NCBI GenBank assembly: GCA_031266815.1
Contig: JAISAG010000131.1
Coordinates: 1 to 56,734 of the forward strand
DNA: 56,734 nt
Source of the DNA: Burkholderiaceae bacterium
GTDB lineage: Bacteria > Pseudomonadota > Gammaproteobacteria > Burkholderiales > Burkholderiaceae_D
Direction of reading: 5' to 3'
This document shows, in pieces, positions 20,990-31,982 of the stretch (positions are counted from its first letter, which is position 1; every line of letters starts with the position of its first letter). The notes beneath the pieces are model-generated. The model did no database searches, was not told where the DNA came from, and saw only the letters and a program-made list of their open reading frames with translations. The position numbers and the translations under genes were made by a program.

Positions 20990-22321
20990 ATGAAACTGAC
21001 ACCCAAAGAGATCGTTAACGAACTGGACAAGCACGTCATTGGACAGTCCCACGCGAAGCGTGCCGTCGCCATCGCCCTGCGCAACCGCTGGCGCAGGCAA
21101 CAGGTTGATGAGCCTCTGCGCCACGAAATCACCCCCAAGAATATCCTGATGATTGGTCCAACCGGCGTCGGTAAAACGGAAATCGCGCGCAGACTGGCGC
21201 GACTGGCGGATGCCCCCTTTATCAAGATTGAAGCGACCAAATTCACGGAAGTCGGCTATGTCGGACGCGATGTGGAAACCATCATCCGCGACCTGACCGA
21301 CATCAGCATCAAACAGACACGCGAAACAGAAATGAAAGCGGTCAGGGGAAGAGCCATTGAGGCAGCGGAAGAACAAGTACTCAACAAACTGCTGCCTCCT
21401 CCCCGCGACTTTGGGTTCAACGCGGAAAACACGCCTCCCACGGGCAACAACACCCGCCAGGTCTTCCGCAAACGTTTGCGGGAAGGAGAGCTGGACGACA
21501 AGGAAATTGAAATCGAGATAACCGACAGCCCGCCGCACATGGAGATTATGGCGCCGCCCGGCATGGAAGAAATGACCGAGCAGATTAAATCCATGTTCTC
21601 TGGATTGGGGAGCAATCGCAAGAAGACGCGGAAGGTCAAGATCACCGAGGCAATCAGGCTGCTCACAGAAGAAGAAGCCGCCAAACTGCTCAACGAAGAC
21701 GACATCCGCCAGAAAGCCATCGCCAATGTGGAGCAGAATGGCATTGTTTTTCTGGACGAAATAGACAAAATCACCTCGCGCTCGGAACTCAACGGCGCCG
21801 ATGTCTCCCGTGCGGGCGTACAACGAGACCTTTTACCCCTGGTGGAAGGAACAACCGTCAATACCAAATACGGCATGATCAAGACAGACCACATCCTGTT
21901 CATCGCCTCCGGCGCATTTCACCTGTCCAAGCCATCCGATCTTATCCCCGAGTTACAAGGGCGTTTCCCCATCCGTGTCGAGCTGGAATCGCTCTCCATT
22001 GAGGACTTCGAGCGCATTCTGACCAGCACGGACGCCTGTCTGACAGCGCAATATGTTGCCCTGCTGGCAACAGAGGAGATTCAGCTTGTCTTTTCAAACG
22101 AAGGTATCCGGCGGCTGGCCGAAATCTCCCACTCGGTCAATGAGCGAACAGAAAACATCGGGGCGAGACGGCTTTACACTGTCATGGAGAAACTGCTGGA
22201 AGAAATTTCGTTCACTGCTTCGGAAACAGGCGCAAAAACCATTACGATTGATGCCGACTACGTCAATGAGAGACTCGAAGCGCTCTCCGTAAACGAAGAC
22301 CTTTCCCGCTACGTCTTGTGA
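20990..22321 (+). CDS. hslU: ATP-dependent protease ATPase subunit HslU
   Basis: [49 protein letters not shown]. Confidence 0.97.
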   Translation: MKLTPKEIVNELDKHVIGQSHAKRAVAIALRNRWRRQQVDEPLRHEITPKNILMIGPTGVGKTEIARRLARLADAPFIKIEATKFTEVGYVGRDVETIIRDLTDISIKQTRETEMKAVRGRAIEAAEEQVLNKLLPPPRDFGFNAENTPPTGNNTRQVFRKRLREGELDDKEIEIEITDSPPHMEIMAPPGMEEMTEQIKSMFSGLGSNRKKTRKVKITEAIRLLTEEEAAKLLNEDDIRQKAIANVEQNGIVFLDEIDKITSRSELNGADVSRAGVQRDLLPLVEGTTVNTKYGMIKTDHILFIASGAFHLSKPSDLIPELQGRFPIRVELESLSIEDFERILTSTDACLTAQYVALLATEEIQLVFSNEGIRRLAEISHSVNERTENIGARRLYTVMEKLLEEISFTASETGAKTITIDADYVNERLEALSVNEDLSRYVL

Positions 22322-22349
22322 CGGCGCGCGCCGCCCGCTCAGAAAATCG

Positions 22350-23009
22350 TCACGTCACCCAGACGACCACCTCTTTCATACTCTGCCGGGTTTTCTGCCC
22401 CGGCTCTTTGGTTCGATAGCCGAAAGCAGCCATGACCGACAAACCAAGCTTCCCGTCTTCTGTCAATCCGTCCGCCGCCAGAATCGCCTCGGACGCATCC
22501 AGATCCGCTCCCTCAATCGCGCAAGAATCAATGCCCAAATAGGCGGCTGCAGTCATCATGTTTCCCAACGCGATATAAGCCTGCTTCCCTGCCCAGTCGA
22601 ACAGCGTGCGTGATGCGTCCAGCAAATGGTTTTCACGCTGAAACAGGGCGAAACGTTCCCGTTTTTTGTTTGCGGTATCTTCCGGCAAGCCTTGTACATC
22701 GCGCATCATGCGGGCAACATGGTCGCCGTCAAAACGCATCCCTTCCCTGTAACATAAAATGGCGACATAGTGACTCGCCGTAGAGAGTTGGGTCTGCGCA
22801 CCCCACGAAACCGCCCGCAATTTGTCACGCAACAGCGAATTCTGGATGACGACAAAACGCCACGGCTCAAAGCCGAAGGAACTGGGAGACAGGCGCCCCG
22901 CTTCCAGAATGACGTCGAAATCCTCACGGGCAATCTTCTTGTGCGGGTCAAACTGCTTGCACGCATGACGAAAGCGAAAAGCTTCCAGGATTTCCTCTCT
23001 TTTCCCCAT
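22350..23009 (-). CDS. NAD(P)H-dependent nitroreductase (NfsB/YfkO-like)
   Basis: RHACKQFD, RLSPSSFGFEPW, WAGKQAYIALGNMMTAAA..GIDSCAIEG, FGYR; GGAGG RBS. Confidence 0.9.
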   Translation of the reverse strand: MGKREEILEAFRFRHACKQFDPHKKIAREDFDVILEAGRLSPSSFGFEPWRFVVIQNSLLRDKLRAVSWGAQTQLSTASHYVAILCYREGMRFDGDHVARMMRDVQGLPEDTANKKRERFALFQRENHLLDASRTLFDWAGKQAYIALGNMMTAAAYLGIDSCAIEGADLDASEAILAADGLTEDGKLGLSVMAAFGYRTKEPGQKTRQSMKEVVVWVT

Positions 23010-23034
23010 ACCGCCTCCACTCAAAGGTCAGGCA

Positions 23035-24054
23035 TCACTTTGCGCGCATCATGGCTTGCGCCGTATCCAGCATCCGGCTGCTAAACCCCCACTCATTGTC
23101 GTACCACGCCAACACCTTGACCAATGTACCGTCTGCACTCACACGCGTTTGCGTAGCATCGAAGGTACTTGAAACCGCAGTGTGGTTGAAATCGGTTGAA
23201 ACCAGCGGTTCCGTGTTGTACGCCAAAATACCTTTCAACTCGCCCTCGGCCGCCGCCCGCATAATTGCGTTGACTTCTTCTACCGTGGTCGGCCTGGCCG
23301 ATGTAAACGTCAGATCGACCGCCGACACGTTCAGTGTGGGCACCCGCATGGCATACCCGTCCAGCTTGCCGCTCAACTCCGGAAGAACCAGACCAACCGC
23401 CACCGCAGCGCCTGTCCTGGTAGGGATGATATTCATCGCGGCAGCACGTGCCCGACGCGGATCAGAGTGATACACATCTGTCAGCACCTGGTCATTGGTG
23501 TAGGCGTGGACAGTCGTCATCAATCCGCACACAATCCCCAAGCGGTCATGTAACGCCTTGGCAACCGGGGTCAGACAATTTGTAGTGCAGGAGGCATTGG
23601 ATACCACGGTGTGCTCCGCCCTCAATACCTGGTGATTCACGCCATACACCACCGTCGCATCCACATCCTTTCCGCCTGGAGCCGAAATCAGCACTTTTTT
23701 TGCGCCTGCGCGCAAGTGGGCGGAAGCGGCTAATTTTGAGGTAAACCGCCCCGTGCACTCAAGGACTACATCCACCCCCAGGTCCTTCCACGGCAATTTT
23801 TCCGGATCCCGTTCTGAAAGCGCGCGAATTCTGTCCCCGTTCACTATCAGGAAATCTTTCTCGTGCTCCACTTTTCCGGAAAATTTTCCGTGCGCCGTAT
23901 CGTAACGCGTCAAGTGCACACTTATCTCCATGTCGCTCCCCACATCGTTGAGCGCGACAATGCTGATGTCGTGCACCTTGCCGCTCTCATAGTGCGCACG
24001 CAGAATATTCCGCCCGATCCGTCCATAACCGTTAATGGCAATCCGAACAGTCAT
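23035..24054 (-). CDS. gap: Glyceraldehyde-3-phosphate dehydrogenase type I
   Basis: [28 protein letters not shown]. Confidence 0.97.
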   Translation of the reverse strand: MTVRIAINGYGRIGRNILRAHYESGKVHDISIVALNDVGSDMEISVHLTRYDTAHGKFSGKVEHEKDFLIVNGDRIRALSERDPEKLPWKDLGVDVVLECTGRFTSKLAASAHLRAGAKKVLISAPGGKDVDATVVYGVNHQVLRAEHTVVSNASCTTNCLTPVAKALHDRLGIVCGLMTTVHAYTNDQVLTDVYHSDPRRARAAAMNIIPTRTGAAVAVGLVLPELSGKLDGYAMRVPTLNVSAVDLTFTSARPTTVEEVNAIMRAAAEGELKGILAYNTEPLVSTDFNHTAVSSTFDATQTRVSADGTLVKVLAWYDNEWGFSSRMLDTAQAMMRAK

Positions 24055-24136
24055 GCTATTTGCTCCTGAATTGGTAAAATCGTCATCCTACTCCTCCGCC
24101 AAGGGCTTTTTTACCACCCTGTCTTCCTGAAGAGAG

Positions 24137-26134
24137 TCACTTGCCCAACAATGCCAGAGCGCGGGAAACGACATTGTCCACCGTAAAGCCGAAATAGCTG
24201 AACAGCACCCCCGCAGGAGCGGATTCACCAAAAGTGTTCATCCCAACCACATCCCCTTTCAGCCCGACATATTTGCGCCAATAATCGGCTATCCCCGCTT
24301 CAATGGCAATACGCGGCACGCCCTCCGGCAATACGCTGGCACGATATTCCGCCGTTTGAGAGTCAAACACCTCCGTTGACGGCATCGAAACCACCCGCGC
24401 AGCTATCCCTCTTTGCGCCAGGGCAGCAGACGCATCCACCGCCAGCGCGACCTCGGAACCGGTTGCAACCAGCACCACCTTGATATCCGGCGCGTCACGC
24501 AAGACATAGCCCCCTCGCCCGACATTCAGTATCTGCTCTTCCGTACGCTCCTGGTATGGCAGGTTCTGCCGTGAAAAAATCAGGGTGGTCGGTCCGTCTT
24601 TCCGCCAGATAGCGTGCGCCCACGCCACCGCCGATTCAACCGTATCACAGGGACGCCAGTTGTTCAGATTGGGAATAAGCCGCATGCTGGCAATATGCTC
24701 AATCGGTTCATGCGTGGGACCATCTTCTCCCACACCGATGGAATCGTGCGTAAATACGAAAATAGCGCGCACCTGCATCAATGCTGCCATCCTCAATGCG
24801 TTACGGCTATAGTCTGAAAACGTCAGGAAAGTTCCGCCAAACGGAATAAATCCGCCGTGCAACGCGACCCCGTTCAGGATGGCGCTCATGCCAAATTCGC
24901 GAACCCCGTAGCTGATGTAATTGCCTGGCTCATCGCGCGTCAACTTGATGCTTTCCTTCCAGTTCGTCAAGTTGGACCCTGTCAAATCGGCAGACCCTCC
25001 CAACAATTCCGGCAAAACGGGAGCAAACGCCTGAATCGCGTTCTGACTGGCACGACGGGTCGCAATCGTCTCTTTCTTGCTGACGCAGTCCGCAATATAC
25101 TTCTGCACGACCGACTCAAACTGCGAAGGAAGCTCTCCCTTCATCCTGCGCATGAATTCAAGCGACTCCACCGGATACTGCTTGCTGTACGATACCAGCA
25201 ACGCATCCCACTCCGACTGACGGCGCTTTCCTTCCTCTCTCGCATCCCATGCCTTGTAAATATCCGGGGGCATCTCGAATGGCGGATAGCGCCAGCCCAA
25301 TGCGGCTCTTGTTGCCTCCACCTCTTTCTCTCCCAGCGCGGCACCATGCACATCGTGCGTTCCTGCCTTATTGGGGGATCCCTTGCCGATAATGGTTTGA
25401 CAGCATATCAGGGTCGGCTTGTCTGATTGTTTCGCCCGGGCAATCGCGGAAGACACGGCTTCAACATCGTGTCCGTCAACACGAGGTATCACGTTCCAGC
25501 CATACGCTTCAAAACGCTTTGGCGTATCGTCCGTCAGCCAACCGCTCACATCTCCGTCAATGGAAATTCCATTGTCATCGTACAGGGCAATCAACTTGTT
25601 CAGTCGCCATGTTCCCGCCAATGAACACGCTTCGTGGGAAACGCCTTCCATCAAACAGCCATCCCCCAGGAAAACATAGGTGTAATGGTCAACCAGGTCA
25701 AAACCCTGCCGATTGAATGCCGATGCAAGCAACTTTTCTGCCAGCGCCATGCCGACCGCATTCGTGATTCCCTGACCCAAAGGCCCTGTCGTGGTTTCCA
25801 CACCGGGTACCACATGCACCTCCGGATGCCCCGGTGTTTTTGAGTGCAACTGACGAAACTGCTTGATATCATCCATTGATAAATCGTAGCCAGTCAGATG
25901 CAGCAAGGCATATTGCAACATGGAGCCATGTCCGTTGGACAAAAGAAAGCGGTCGCGATTGAACCATTTCGGGTTGGCGGGATTATGGCGATAATGGCGC
26001 GACCACAGTGCCACGGCTATTTCAGCCATCCCCATGGGCATGCCAGGATGGCCTGAATTGGCCTTTTGAACGGCATCCATCGCCAAAACGCGTATCGCGT
26101 TTGCCATTGCGCTATCCGGTAAAGTGGTCGTCAT
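24137..26134 (-). CDS. tkt: Transketolase
   Basis: [60 protein letters not shown]. Confidence 0.97.
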   Translation of the reverse strand: MTTTLPDSAMANAIRVLAMDAVQKANSGHPGMPMGMAEIAVALWSRHYRHNPANPKWFNRDRFLLSNGHGSMLQYALLHLTGYDLSMDDIKQFRQLHSKTPGHPEVHVVPGVETTTGPLGQGITNAVGMALAEKLLASAFNRQGFDLVDHYTYVFLGDGCLMEGVSHEACSLAGTWRLNKLIALYDDNGISIDGDVSGWLTDDTPKRFEAYGWNVIPRVDGHDVEAVSSAIARAKQSDKPTLICCQTIIGKGSPNKAGTHDVHGAALGEKEVEATRAALGWRYPPFEMPPDIYKAWDAREEGKRRQSEWDALLVSYSKQYPVESLEFMRRMKGELPSQFESVVQKYIADCVSKKETIATRRASQNAIQAFAPVLPELLGGSADLTGSNLTNWKESIKLTRDEPGNYISYGVREFGMSAILNGVALHGGFIPFGGTFLTFSDYSRNALRMAALMQVRAIFVFTHDSIGVGEDGPTHEPIEHIASMRLIPNLNNWRPCDTVESAVAWAHAIWRKDGPTTLIFSRQNLPYQERTEEQILNVGRGGYVLRDAPDIKVVLVATGSEVALAVDASAALAQRGIAARVVSMPSTEVFDSQTAEYRASVLPEGVPRIAIEAGIADYWRKYVGLKGDVVGMNTFGESAPAGVLFSYFGFTVDNVVSRALALLGK

Positions 26135-26188
26135 AAGGAACTCCCTCGTTCTGACTGAAGATGAAAACAAAAGCACCCGATCTACCCG

Positions 26189-26221
26189 CATGTACAGATC
26201 GTGTACAAATCATGTACGATA
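26189..26221. repeat. Three tandem 11-bp imperfect direct repeats
   Basis: CATGTACAGAT / CGTGTACAAAT / CATGTACGATA in the tkt-rsmE divergent intergenic region. Confidence 0.75.
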
Positions 26222-26275
26222 CGGGGCGTCATCGCGCATATTCTAACACCGCCATTTGATCACAAGAGAACTGTT

Positions 26276-26995
26276 ATGCCCCGCCTGTACTGCAATGCCC
26301 CGCTTTCCCCGAACAGCACTATCAGCCTGCCCCCTTCGGCCGCCCGTCACACCATGGTCTTGCGATTGAAAGAAGGAGAGACACTGACCCTCTTCAATGG
26401 GAAAGGGGGAGAGTATACCGCTCGTATCGCCAGCATCGGCAAGCACGCCACCACCGCGGAAATCCTCTCTTTCGTTTACCGGGAAAGCGAACTGCCGTAC
26501 CGGATGACGCTGGTGCAGGGCATGCCGGAATCTCCCAAAATGGATTTCATCATCGAAAAGGCGGTCGAACTGGGCATCTCGCACATCTGCCCGGTTGAAC
26601 TTGTCCGCTCTGTCGTTCGTCTGACACAAGAGCGGGCGGAAAGGCGCCTGATGCGCTGGAGAGGCATCATCATTTCCGCTTCCGAGCAAAGCGGGCGCAA
26701 CCGGCTGGCAGAACTTGCCGATGTTTGCACCTTCCCCGAATGGATACAGAAACGAGACCAGCAATCCTGCATTCTGCTTGACGCCAAGGCTCCCCGATCA
26801 CTCGCCGATTGGGCGAAAGAGACCCCGCCGCAGGACGTTGCCATTCTTGTCGGCCCCGAGGGAGGGCTGACACCCGAAGAGGAAAGCCTCGCCGCCGCTC
26901 ACGGGATTTTGCCGCTATCCATGGGATCACGCATACTGAGAACGGAAACCGCAGGCATCGCGGCAGCTTCAGTGCTCAACGCGCTGTGGAGTTGA
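26276..26995 (+). CDS. rsmE: 16S rRNA m3U1498 methyltransferase
   Basis: H..VLRL, KMDFIIEKAVELG, ASEQSGR, VGPEGG, MGSRILRTETA. Confidence 0.95.
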   Translation: MPRLYCNAPLSPNSTISLPPSAARHTMVLRLKEGETLTLFNGKGGEYTARIASIGKHATTAEILSFVYRESELPYRMTLVQGMPESPKMDFIIEKAVELGISHICPVELVRSVVRLTQERAERRLMRWRGIIISASEQSGRNRLAELADVCTFPEWIQKRDQQSCILLDAKAPRSLADWAKETPPQDVAILVGPEGGLTPEEESLAAAHGILPLSMGSRILRTETAGIAAASVLNALWS

Positions 26996-27259
26996 TCCTC
27001 CCCCTGTTTCCGCTCGGATGGCTGGTTCTCGCGCCATGCAGACTTTGTACGATCACGGGCAAAAAATCAGATTATCTGCGGGTCGGTACAGTCCCAATCC
27101 GCCCTGCCGGACATCCTGTTAGCGCGAAAGAGGGCGCCATCGCGGGCAATATGTTGCTTTTTTTTCGAAAAACGCCCCCTTTATCCTGATGTCCGCCCAA
27201 AGAAAGTACTTCCTGCAAGCAAAACAGCTACAATGGGGGTTCTGTTTTTGTATCCGAAT

Positions 27260-27614
27260 GGGGACGATTTGGATTCGACAAGGATTGCGAAGCGGAACAG
27301 GGCATACCGAGGGCTGGTCACCTCGTAAATCCAACCGGAAAAAAACAACTGCTAACGACAACCGTTACGCATTGGCCGCCTAATCGGCCATCCCTGCACT
27401 GTCTCTTTCCTGGGGCAGACCTTCGGGTGGCAGGGTCAGATACAGGAAATCGCCTGTTGCTGCGTTACCCGGCACCAGGTTAAATCAAGGTATCTCGTCT
27501 GACCGGAGTGTGCGTGTCCACGCCGGAAGGATTAAACCAAACGACAATGCTAAGTATGTAGAACTGTCTGTAACGGATTTTTGGACGCGGGTTCGAAACC
27601 CGCCGTCTCCACCA
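27260..27614 (+). ncRNA. ssrA: tmRNA; tag peptide ANDNRYALAA encoded at 27351-27383
   Basis: 5' GGGGACG...GGATTCGAC, 3' GGGTTCGAAACCCGCCGTCTCCACCA; acceptor GGGGACG/CGTCTCC with a G3-U pair; tag ORF ending ALAA-stop. Confidence 0.97.
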
Positions 27615-27649
27615 TTAGCTTGTTTCCCGCAGTTTCCGGAAGCATCAAT

Positions 27650-27691
27650 AACCCGCTGAAATCACGAGTTTTGGCGGGTTTTTTGTTTTTT
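27650..27691 (+). terminator. Intrinsic terminator after ssrA
   Basis: AACCCGC...GCGGGTT stem followed by TTTTGTTTTTT. Confidence 0.8.
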
Positions 27692-27873
27692 AAAGAACAT
27701 CTTCCTCGCATCCGCCCATTTGGCATCTCTGGAAACCACTGGCGTATCTCGCTTCAGCGAGGAATCCATGCGAATCCACAATATGCTGAAAGCCACAGTG
27801 TTTTCTCCAGCCGCATGAGCCGCGCACTGCTTTACAATACCTCTCGCGCCAGTGAAATGCGAACCTGCCTGAC

Positions 27874-28456
27874 ATGAAAGACATCGCCATTCTCTTCGTT
27901 ACAGCCACGACGCTTGCCCTGTCCGCATGCAGCACAACACACTCCATTTCGGAAGAAACAGTTTCCCTGTCGCCGGAACAAGCGCAAGAGGCGCTGCACT
28001 TTCAACCCGATCTGGTCGGGCTATTCCTGTTTATCGCCAGAAACGGGCAAACCGAACCGATAGCGAAACGCTCGCGCATCCATCGCGCCGCATGACTGGA
28101 AACGGATAAAGCTGGGGGCGGAAAATGTTTGAGGATGGATGACCACAGCGACGTACGAAGGAACGGGAGGTAAAGGGGAAACCGTGCATATTTCCATGCC
28201 TCGAAAAGAAGAAATTCGGGAAGTTGCCCAAATTAGGACCCTGATTGATGAACAACGCTACTGTGGCAAGGGCAGGACGAAGTGCGCGGTGCTAAGAGGG
28301 ACTTTACATCTGGATGCGTCTGACAATCGTACGCGGATTTATCCTCTGCAAATCACCGTCAGCGGCACCCCAAAGCACCGCCCGACGCGAACATGGCGCA
28401 TCCTGTTTGACGAAAAGGAATGGATATATCGTGTCCCCAAGGATTTTCCCATGTGA
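27874..28456 (+). pseudogene. Putative lipoprotein, apparently split (27874-28095 and 28139-28456)
   Basis: First ORF has a signal peptide and lipobox LSAC but stops after 73 aa; a second 105-aa ORF follows 43 bp later in another frame; no recognisable family. Confidence 0.35.
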
Positions 28457-28695
28457 GGGACCAACAGAAACGCTGCGGCATCATATGGCGAAGAGACCGT
28501 TTGGCAATTTCCGAATCATTCGCATCCAAAACAAGAAGAACGAATCTGTTGACGAAAGAGTTTGTTGGGCATTTTCACGCGGAAGACGGTAGAATGGGAC
28601 GAGTCAAGTTGATCCGTATCAAGTCCGGCAAGAGAACAGATACTTGCTTGTGCTTGCGTCTCTCGCCCCATCCACATTACCCGTAAACAGCCCCC

Positions 28696-29898
28696 ATGCC
28701 TTTCTCTTTTTTCTGTACCTGCCCCCGTGGACTGGAGACCCTGCTTGCCGAGGAACTGGGAGAGATTGCGGCACAAAGTCGCTCTCTGACAGTGCATCGT
28801 CCCATCCCTGCGGGAGTACACTGCTCTGGTGTCATGGAGGATGCCTGGCGCATTAATCTGCATTCCCGCATCGCTTCACGCGTACTCCTCCGCATCGCGC
28901 AGGGAGCGTACCGTAACGAGGACGATATTTACCGTCTGGCGCACTCCCAAGCTTGGGAAAGCTGGTTTGATGTCAAAAAAAACATGCGGGTAGATGTTAC
29001 GTCCATCCAGTCCCCGCTGAAAAGCATTGAATTTGCCACACTCCGGGTGAAAGACGGCGTTGCGGACAGGTTTCGTCAGCAAAATGGCGCAAGACCATCC
29101 GTGGACACCAAAGCACCCGATGTCCGGATAGCGGTTTTTCTGGATGCCAGGCAAGCAACGCTTTATCTGGACACATCGGGAGAATCCCTCTTCAAACGGG
29201 GGTGGCGCACACGAACGGGAGAGGCGCCCTTGCGAGAAAATCTTGCCGCAGGCCTGCTACGAGCCGCGGGATGGCGACCAGGGATCCCTTTGCTTGACCC
29301 CATGTGCGGGGCGGGGACCATTCTGGTAGAAGCCGCGCAAATATCAGCAGGAATTCCGCCCGGCGCGCGCCGCCACTTTGCTTTTGAACAGTTTCACGGA
29401 TTCGATGTGCAACGATGGCAATCCATCAAAAACGCCTGCTCACACCAAACCGTCCCGACAACCCCTCTTCTCTTTGGAAGCGACATCTCCGGCGACATGC
29501 TTCGAGTAACGAAACACAATCTGGCAAGCGCAGGCATTCCTTTTGATATCCCGCTAAAGCAAATTGAAGCGCAAGAAATTCGACCTCCAACGGACACTGC
29601 GGGCATCATTTTGACCAATCCGCCCTATGGAGAGCGAATTGATGTGCGCGGGGAACGCACGGTAGATGACAAGGTTGTTCAGTTCTATCAACATTTGGGC
29701 ACAACACTCAAACAGCGTTTCCCCGGATGGACGATTTTCCTTTTCACTGCAGATATGAGTGCTCCGCGGTTGCTCCGCCTGAAAGAGTCGCGTAAAACCC
29801 CTTTCTACAACGGCCCTATTGAGTGTCGCCTCTTCCGTTTCGACATGGTGGCTGGCTCCAACCGAAAAAAACGTGACGATGCGAACACTGCTGATTGA
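28696..29898 (+). CDS. THUMP-domain SAM-dependent RNA methyltransferase (RlmL-like, 23S m2G2445)
   Basis: CPRGLE, NLHSRIASRVL, SLFKRGWR, APLRENLAAG, DPMCGAGT, NPPYG. Confidence 0.9.
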   Translation: MPFSFFCTCPRGLETLLAEELGEIAAQSRSLTVHRPIPAGVHCSGVMEDAWRINLHSRIASRVLLRIAQGAYRNEDDIYRLAHSQAWESWFDVKKNMRVDVTSIQSPLKSIEFATLRVKDGVADRFRQQNGARPSVDTKAPDVRIAVFLDARQATLYLDTSGESLFKRGWRTRTGEAPLRENLAAGLLRAAGWRPGIPLLDPMCGAGTILVEAAQISAGIPPGARRHFAFEQFHGFDVQRWQSIKNACSHQTVPTTPLLFGSDISGDMLRVTKHNLASAGIPFDIPLKQIEAQEIRPPTDTAGIILTNPPYGERIDVRGERTVDDKVVQFYQHLGTTLKQRFPGWTIFLFTADMSAPRLLRLKESRKTPFYNGPIECRLFRFDMVAGSNRKKRDDANTAD

Positions 29899-31969
29899 CA
29901 ACTACGATTCGTTCACCCACAACCTGTACCATCTGATCACTCTCGTCAACGGGAGCGAGCCTTCGTTGATTCGAAATGATGACCCACACTGGCGCCCGGA
30001 GCATGCGTCCTGTTTCGACAACATCGTTATTTCGCCCGGTCCCGGTCACCCGGAGAAAGAGAGAGACCTGGGTATCGGCAAACACATCATTGAGACGGCG
30101 GCCATTCCCATTTTGGGAGTATGTCTCGGACATCAGGGAATCTGTGCCCGGCAGGGTGCCCGAGTGGGTGCGGCGCCAGAACCCTGGCACGGGCGTGTTG
30201 CTTTTATCCGACACACGGGGAAGGATATTTTTCAGGGTATTCCGTCCCCCTTTCGTGCAACGCGCTACCATTCTCTGGCGGTTTTTGACCTGCCCGCATC
30301 ACTTGAAGCGATTGCCTGGTCCGATGATGGCCTCCTGATGGGCGTGCGCCATGTCAGCCGCCCGCAGTGGGGCGTACAGTTCCATCCCGAATCCATCAGC
30401 ACAACGCATGGAGAACCCTTGCTCCGCAATTTCGCCTTGCTGACGCGACAATGGCAGCACGCAGGCAAGGTTCCCTCTTCCCCCGTATCCGCCCCTTCGT
30501 GGGTGACATCCCGCAGGGATAACCCGCCACCCACCCACTTGACGGAGCGCTACCATCTGCTGTGCCAACCATATCCGCACACGCTGCCCGCAGAAACACT
30601 GTTTTCCCTTTTCTTTGCTTCCTCTCCTCACGCGATCTGGCTCGACAGCAGTCTCCACGAATACGATTCCGGGCGATTTTCCTTCCTCGCCGATGGCAGC
30701 GGTCCACTGGGGCGTGTGGCGCGTGCCAGCGTCAAGGCCGGAACCGTGACCGTCCAATCCTGCCTCGGCGTGCAAACTCACCATGCCGATTTTTTTGACT
30801 GGCTGGAAGCAGATTTAAATTCTTGTTATTTGGAGGAGCGACCGCAAACGCCGTTCGAGTTCGCTCTCGGCTGGCTGGGGTATATCGGCTACGAAATGAA
30901 AGCAGCATGCGAAGGAGACCAGGGACACGCCTCCCCACACCCGGATGCTTTTCTCGTGTTTTGTGATCGGGGGCTGGTCATTGACCATGAGACCCACACC
31001 ATCTGGCTATTAGCACTGACATCCCGCGCTGAAGCGCAAGCCGCGCGAACATGGCTGGCGCAAATCGCGAACCGGCTGGCGCAAATGGACGAGCACCCGC
31101 CCCCTGCGCCGTCACCGTACACCCCGCCCGCTCAAGCGTTGCCCACCCTGCGCCACGACAAGCAGGCATACCTCGCATTGATTGCACAGTGCAGAGAAGC
31201 CCTGCTTGATGGCGAAAGCTACGAATTGTGCCTGACCAACATGGTTCATGTTCCCTGTCATGTTAATCCCTGGTCCCTCTGGTGTGCGCTCCGCACAGTA
31301 AATCCCGCACCATACGGAGCCTACCTCAAACTGGACGACATGTTCGTTCTCAGTTGCTCCCCGGAGCGCTTCCTGCACATTTCCCGAAGCGGACGCATTG
31401 AATCCAAACCCATCAAGGGAACAGGCCCTCGCGGAGAAACTCCCGAACAGGATGACTATTGGATAAAAACACTGAAAAACAGCGAAAAGGAGCAAGCAGA
31501 AAACCGTATGATTGTGGACCTGGTCCGCCATGACCTAGGACGATTTGCCACACCCGGATCAGTTGAAGTGCCCACCCTGTTTGGCATAGAGTCGTACCAA
31601 ACCGTGCACCAGATGGTCAGCACCGTCACCGCAAAGCTGAAGGAGGGCGTATCACCCAGCCAGTGTGTGCGAGCGGCTTTCCCTGCCGGTTCCATGACGG
31701 GTGCCCCCAAACTGCGCACGATGCAGATACTGGACAAGCTGGAGCAGGGCGCACGCGGGGTCTATTCCGGCGCACTCGGCTATTTTTCACTCTGCGGAGC
31801 CGTCGATTTGAGCGTCGTCATCCGAACCCTGGTCATCGAAAAGGAAGTGCTGTCATTCGGCGTGGGTGGCGCCATTACGGCCCTGTCGGATCCTGTCGCC
31901 GAATTTGAGGAAACCCGCCTGAAAGCCAGCGCGTTTACTCGCATCCTCAACATCCCCTTCCCCAACTGA
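29879..31969 (+). CDS. pabAB: Fused aminodeoxychorismate synthase (PabA GATase + PabB)
   Basis: N-terminal IDNYDSFT, SPGPG, GVCLGHQ, QFHPES (class I GATase triad); C-terminal SPERFL, KPIKGT (PabB-type Lys, versus PLAGT in TrpE), ENRMIVDL, SMTGAPK. Confidence 0.9.
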   Translation: MRTLLIDNYDSFTHNLYHLITLVNGSEPSLIRNDDPHWRPEHASCFDNIVISPGPGHPEKERDLGIGKHIIETAAIPILGVCLGHQGICARQGARVGAAPEPWHGRVAFIRHTGKDIFQGIPSPFRATRYHSLAVFDLPASLEAIAWSDDGLLMGVRHVSRPQWGVQFHPESISTTHGEPLLRNFALLTRQWQHAGKVPSSPVSAPSWVTSRRDNPPPTHLTERYHLLCQPYPHTLPAETLFSLFFASSPHAIWLDSSLHEYDSGRFSFLADGSGPLGRVARASVKAGTVTVQSCLGVQTHHADFFDWLEADLNSCYLEERPQTPFEFALGWLGYIGYEMKAACEGDQGHASPHPDAFLVFCDRGLVIDHETHTIWLLALTSRAEAQAARTWLAQIANRLAQMDEHPPPAPSPYTPPAQALPTLRHDKQAYLALIAQCREALLDGESYELCLTNMVHVPCHVNPWSLWCALRTVNPAPYGAYLKLDDMFVLSCSPERFLHISRSGRIESKPIKGTGPRGETPEQDDYWIKTLKNSEKEQAENRMIVDLVRHDLGRFATPGSVEVPTLFGIESYQTVHQMVSTVTAKLKEGVSPSQCVRAAFPAGSMTGAPKLRTMQILDKLEQGARGVYSGALGYFSLCGAVDLSVVIRTLVIEKEVLSFGVGGAITALSDPVAEFEETRLKASAFTRILNIPFPN

Positions 31970-31982
31970 ATCACGCCCGCCC

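Noticed and set aside
20555-21823. 422-aa ORF antisense to hslVU
   Set aside because: Shadow ORF of conserved genes in GC-rich DNA; no motifs or clear RBS
27189-27383. 64-aa ORF ending ANDNRYALAA
   Set aside because: This is the tmRNA tag frame read from an upstream ATG, not a gene
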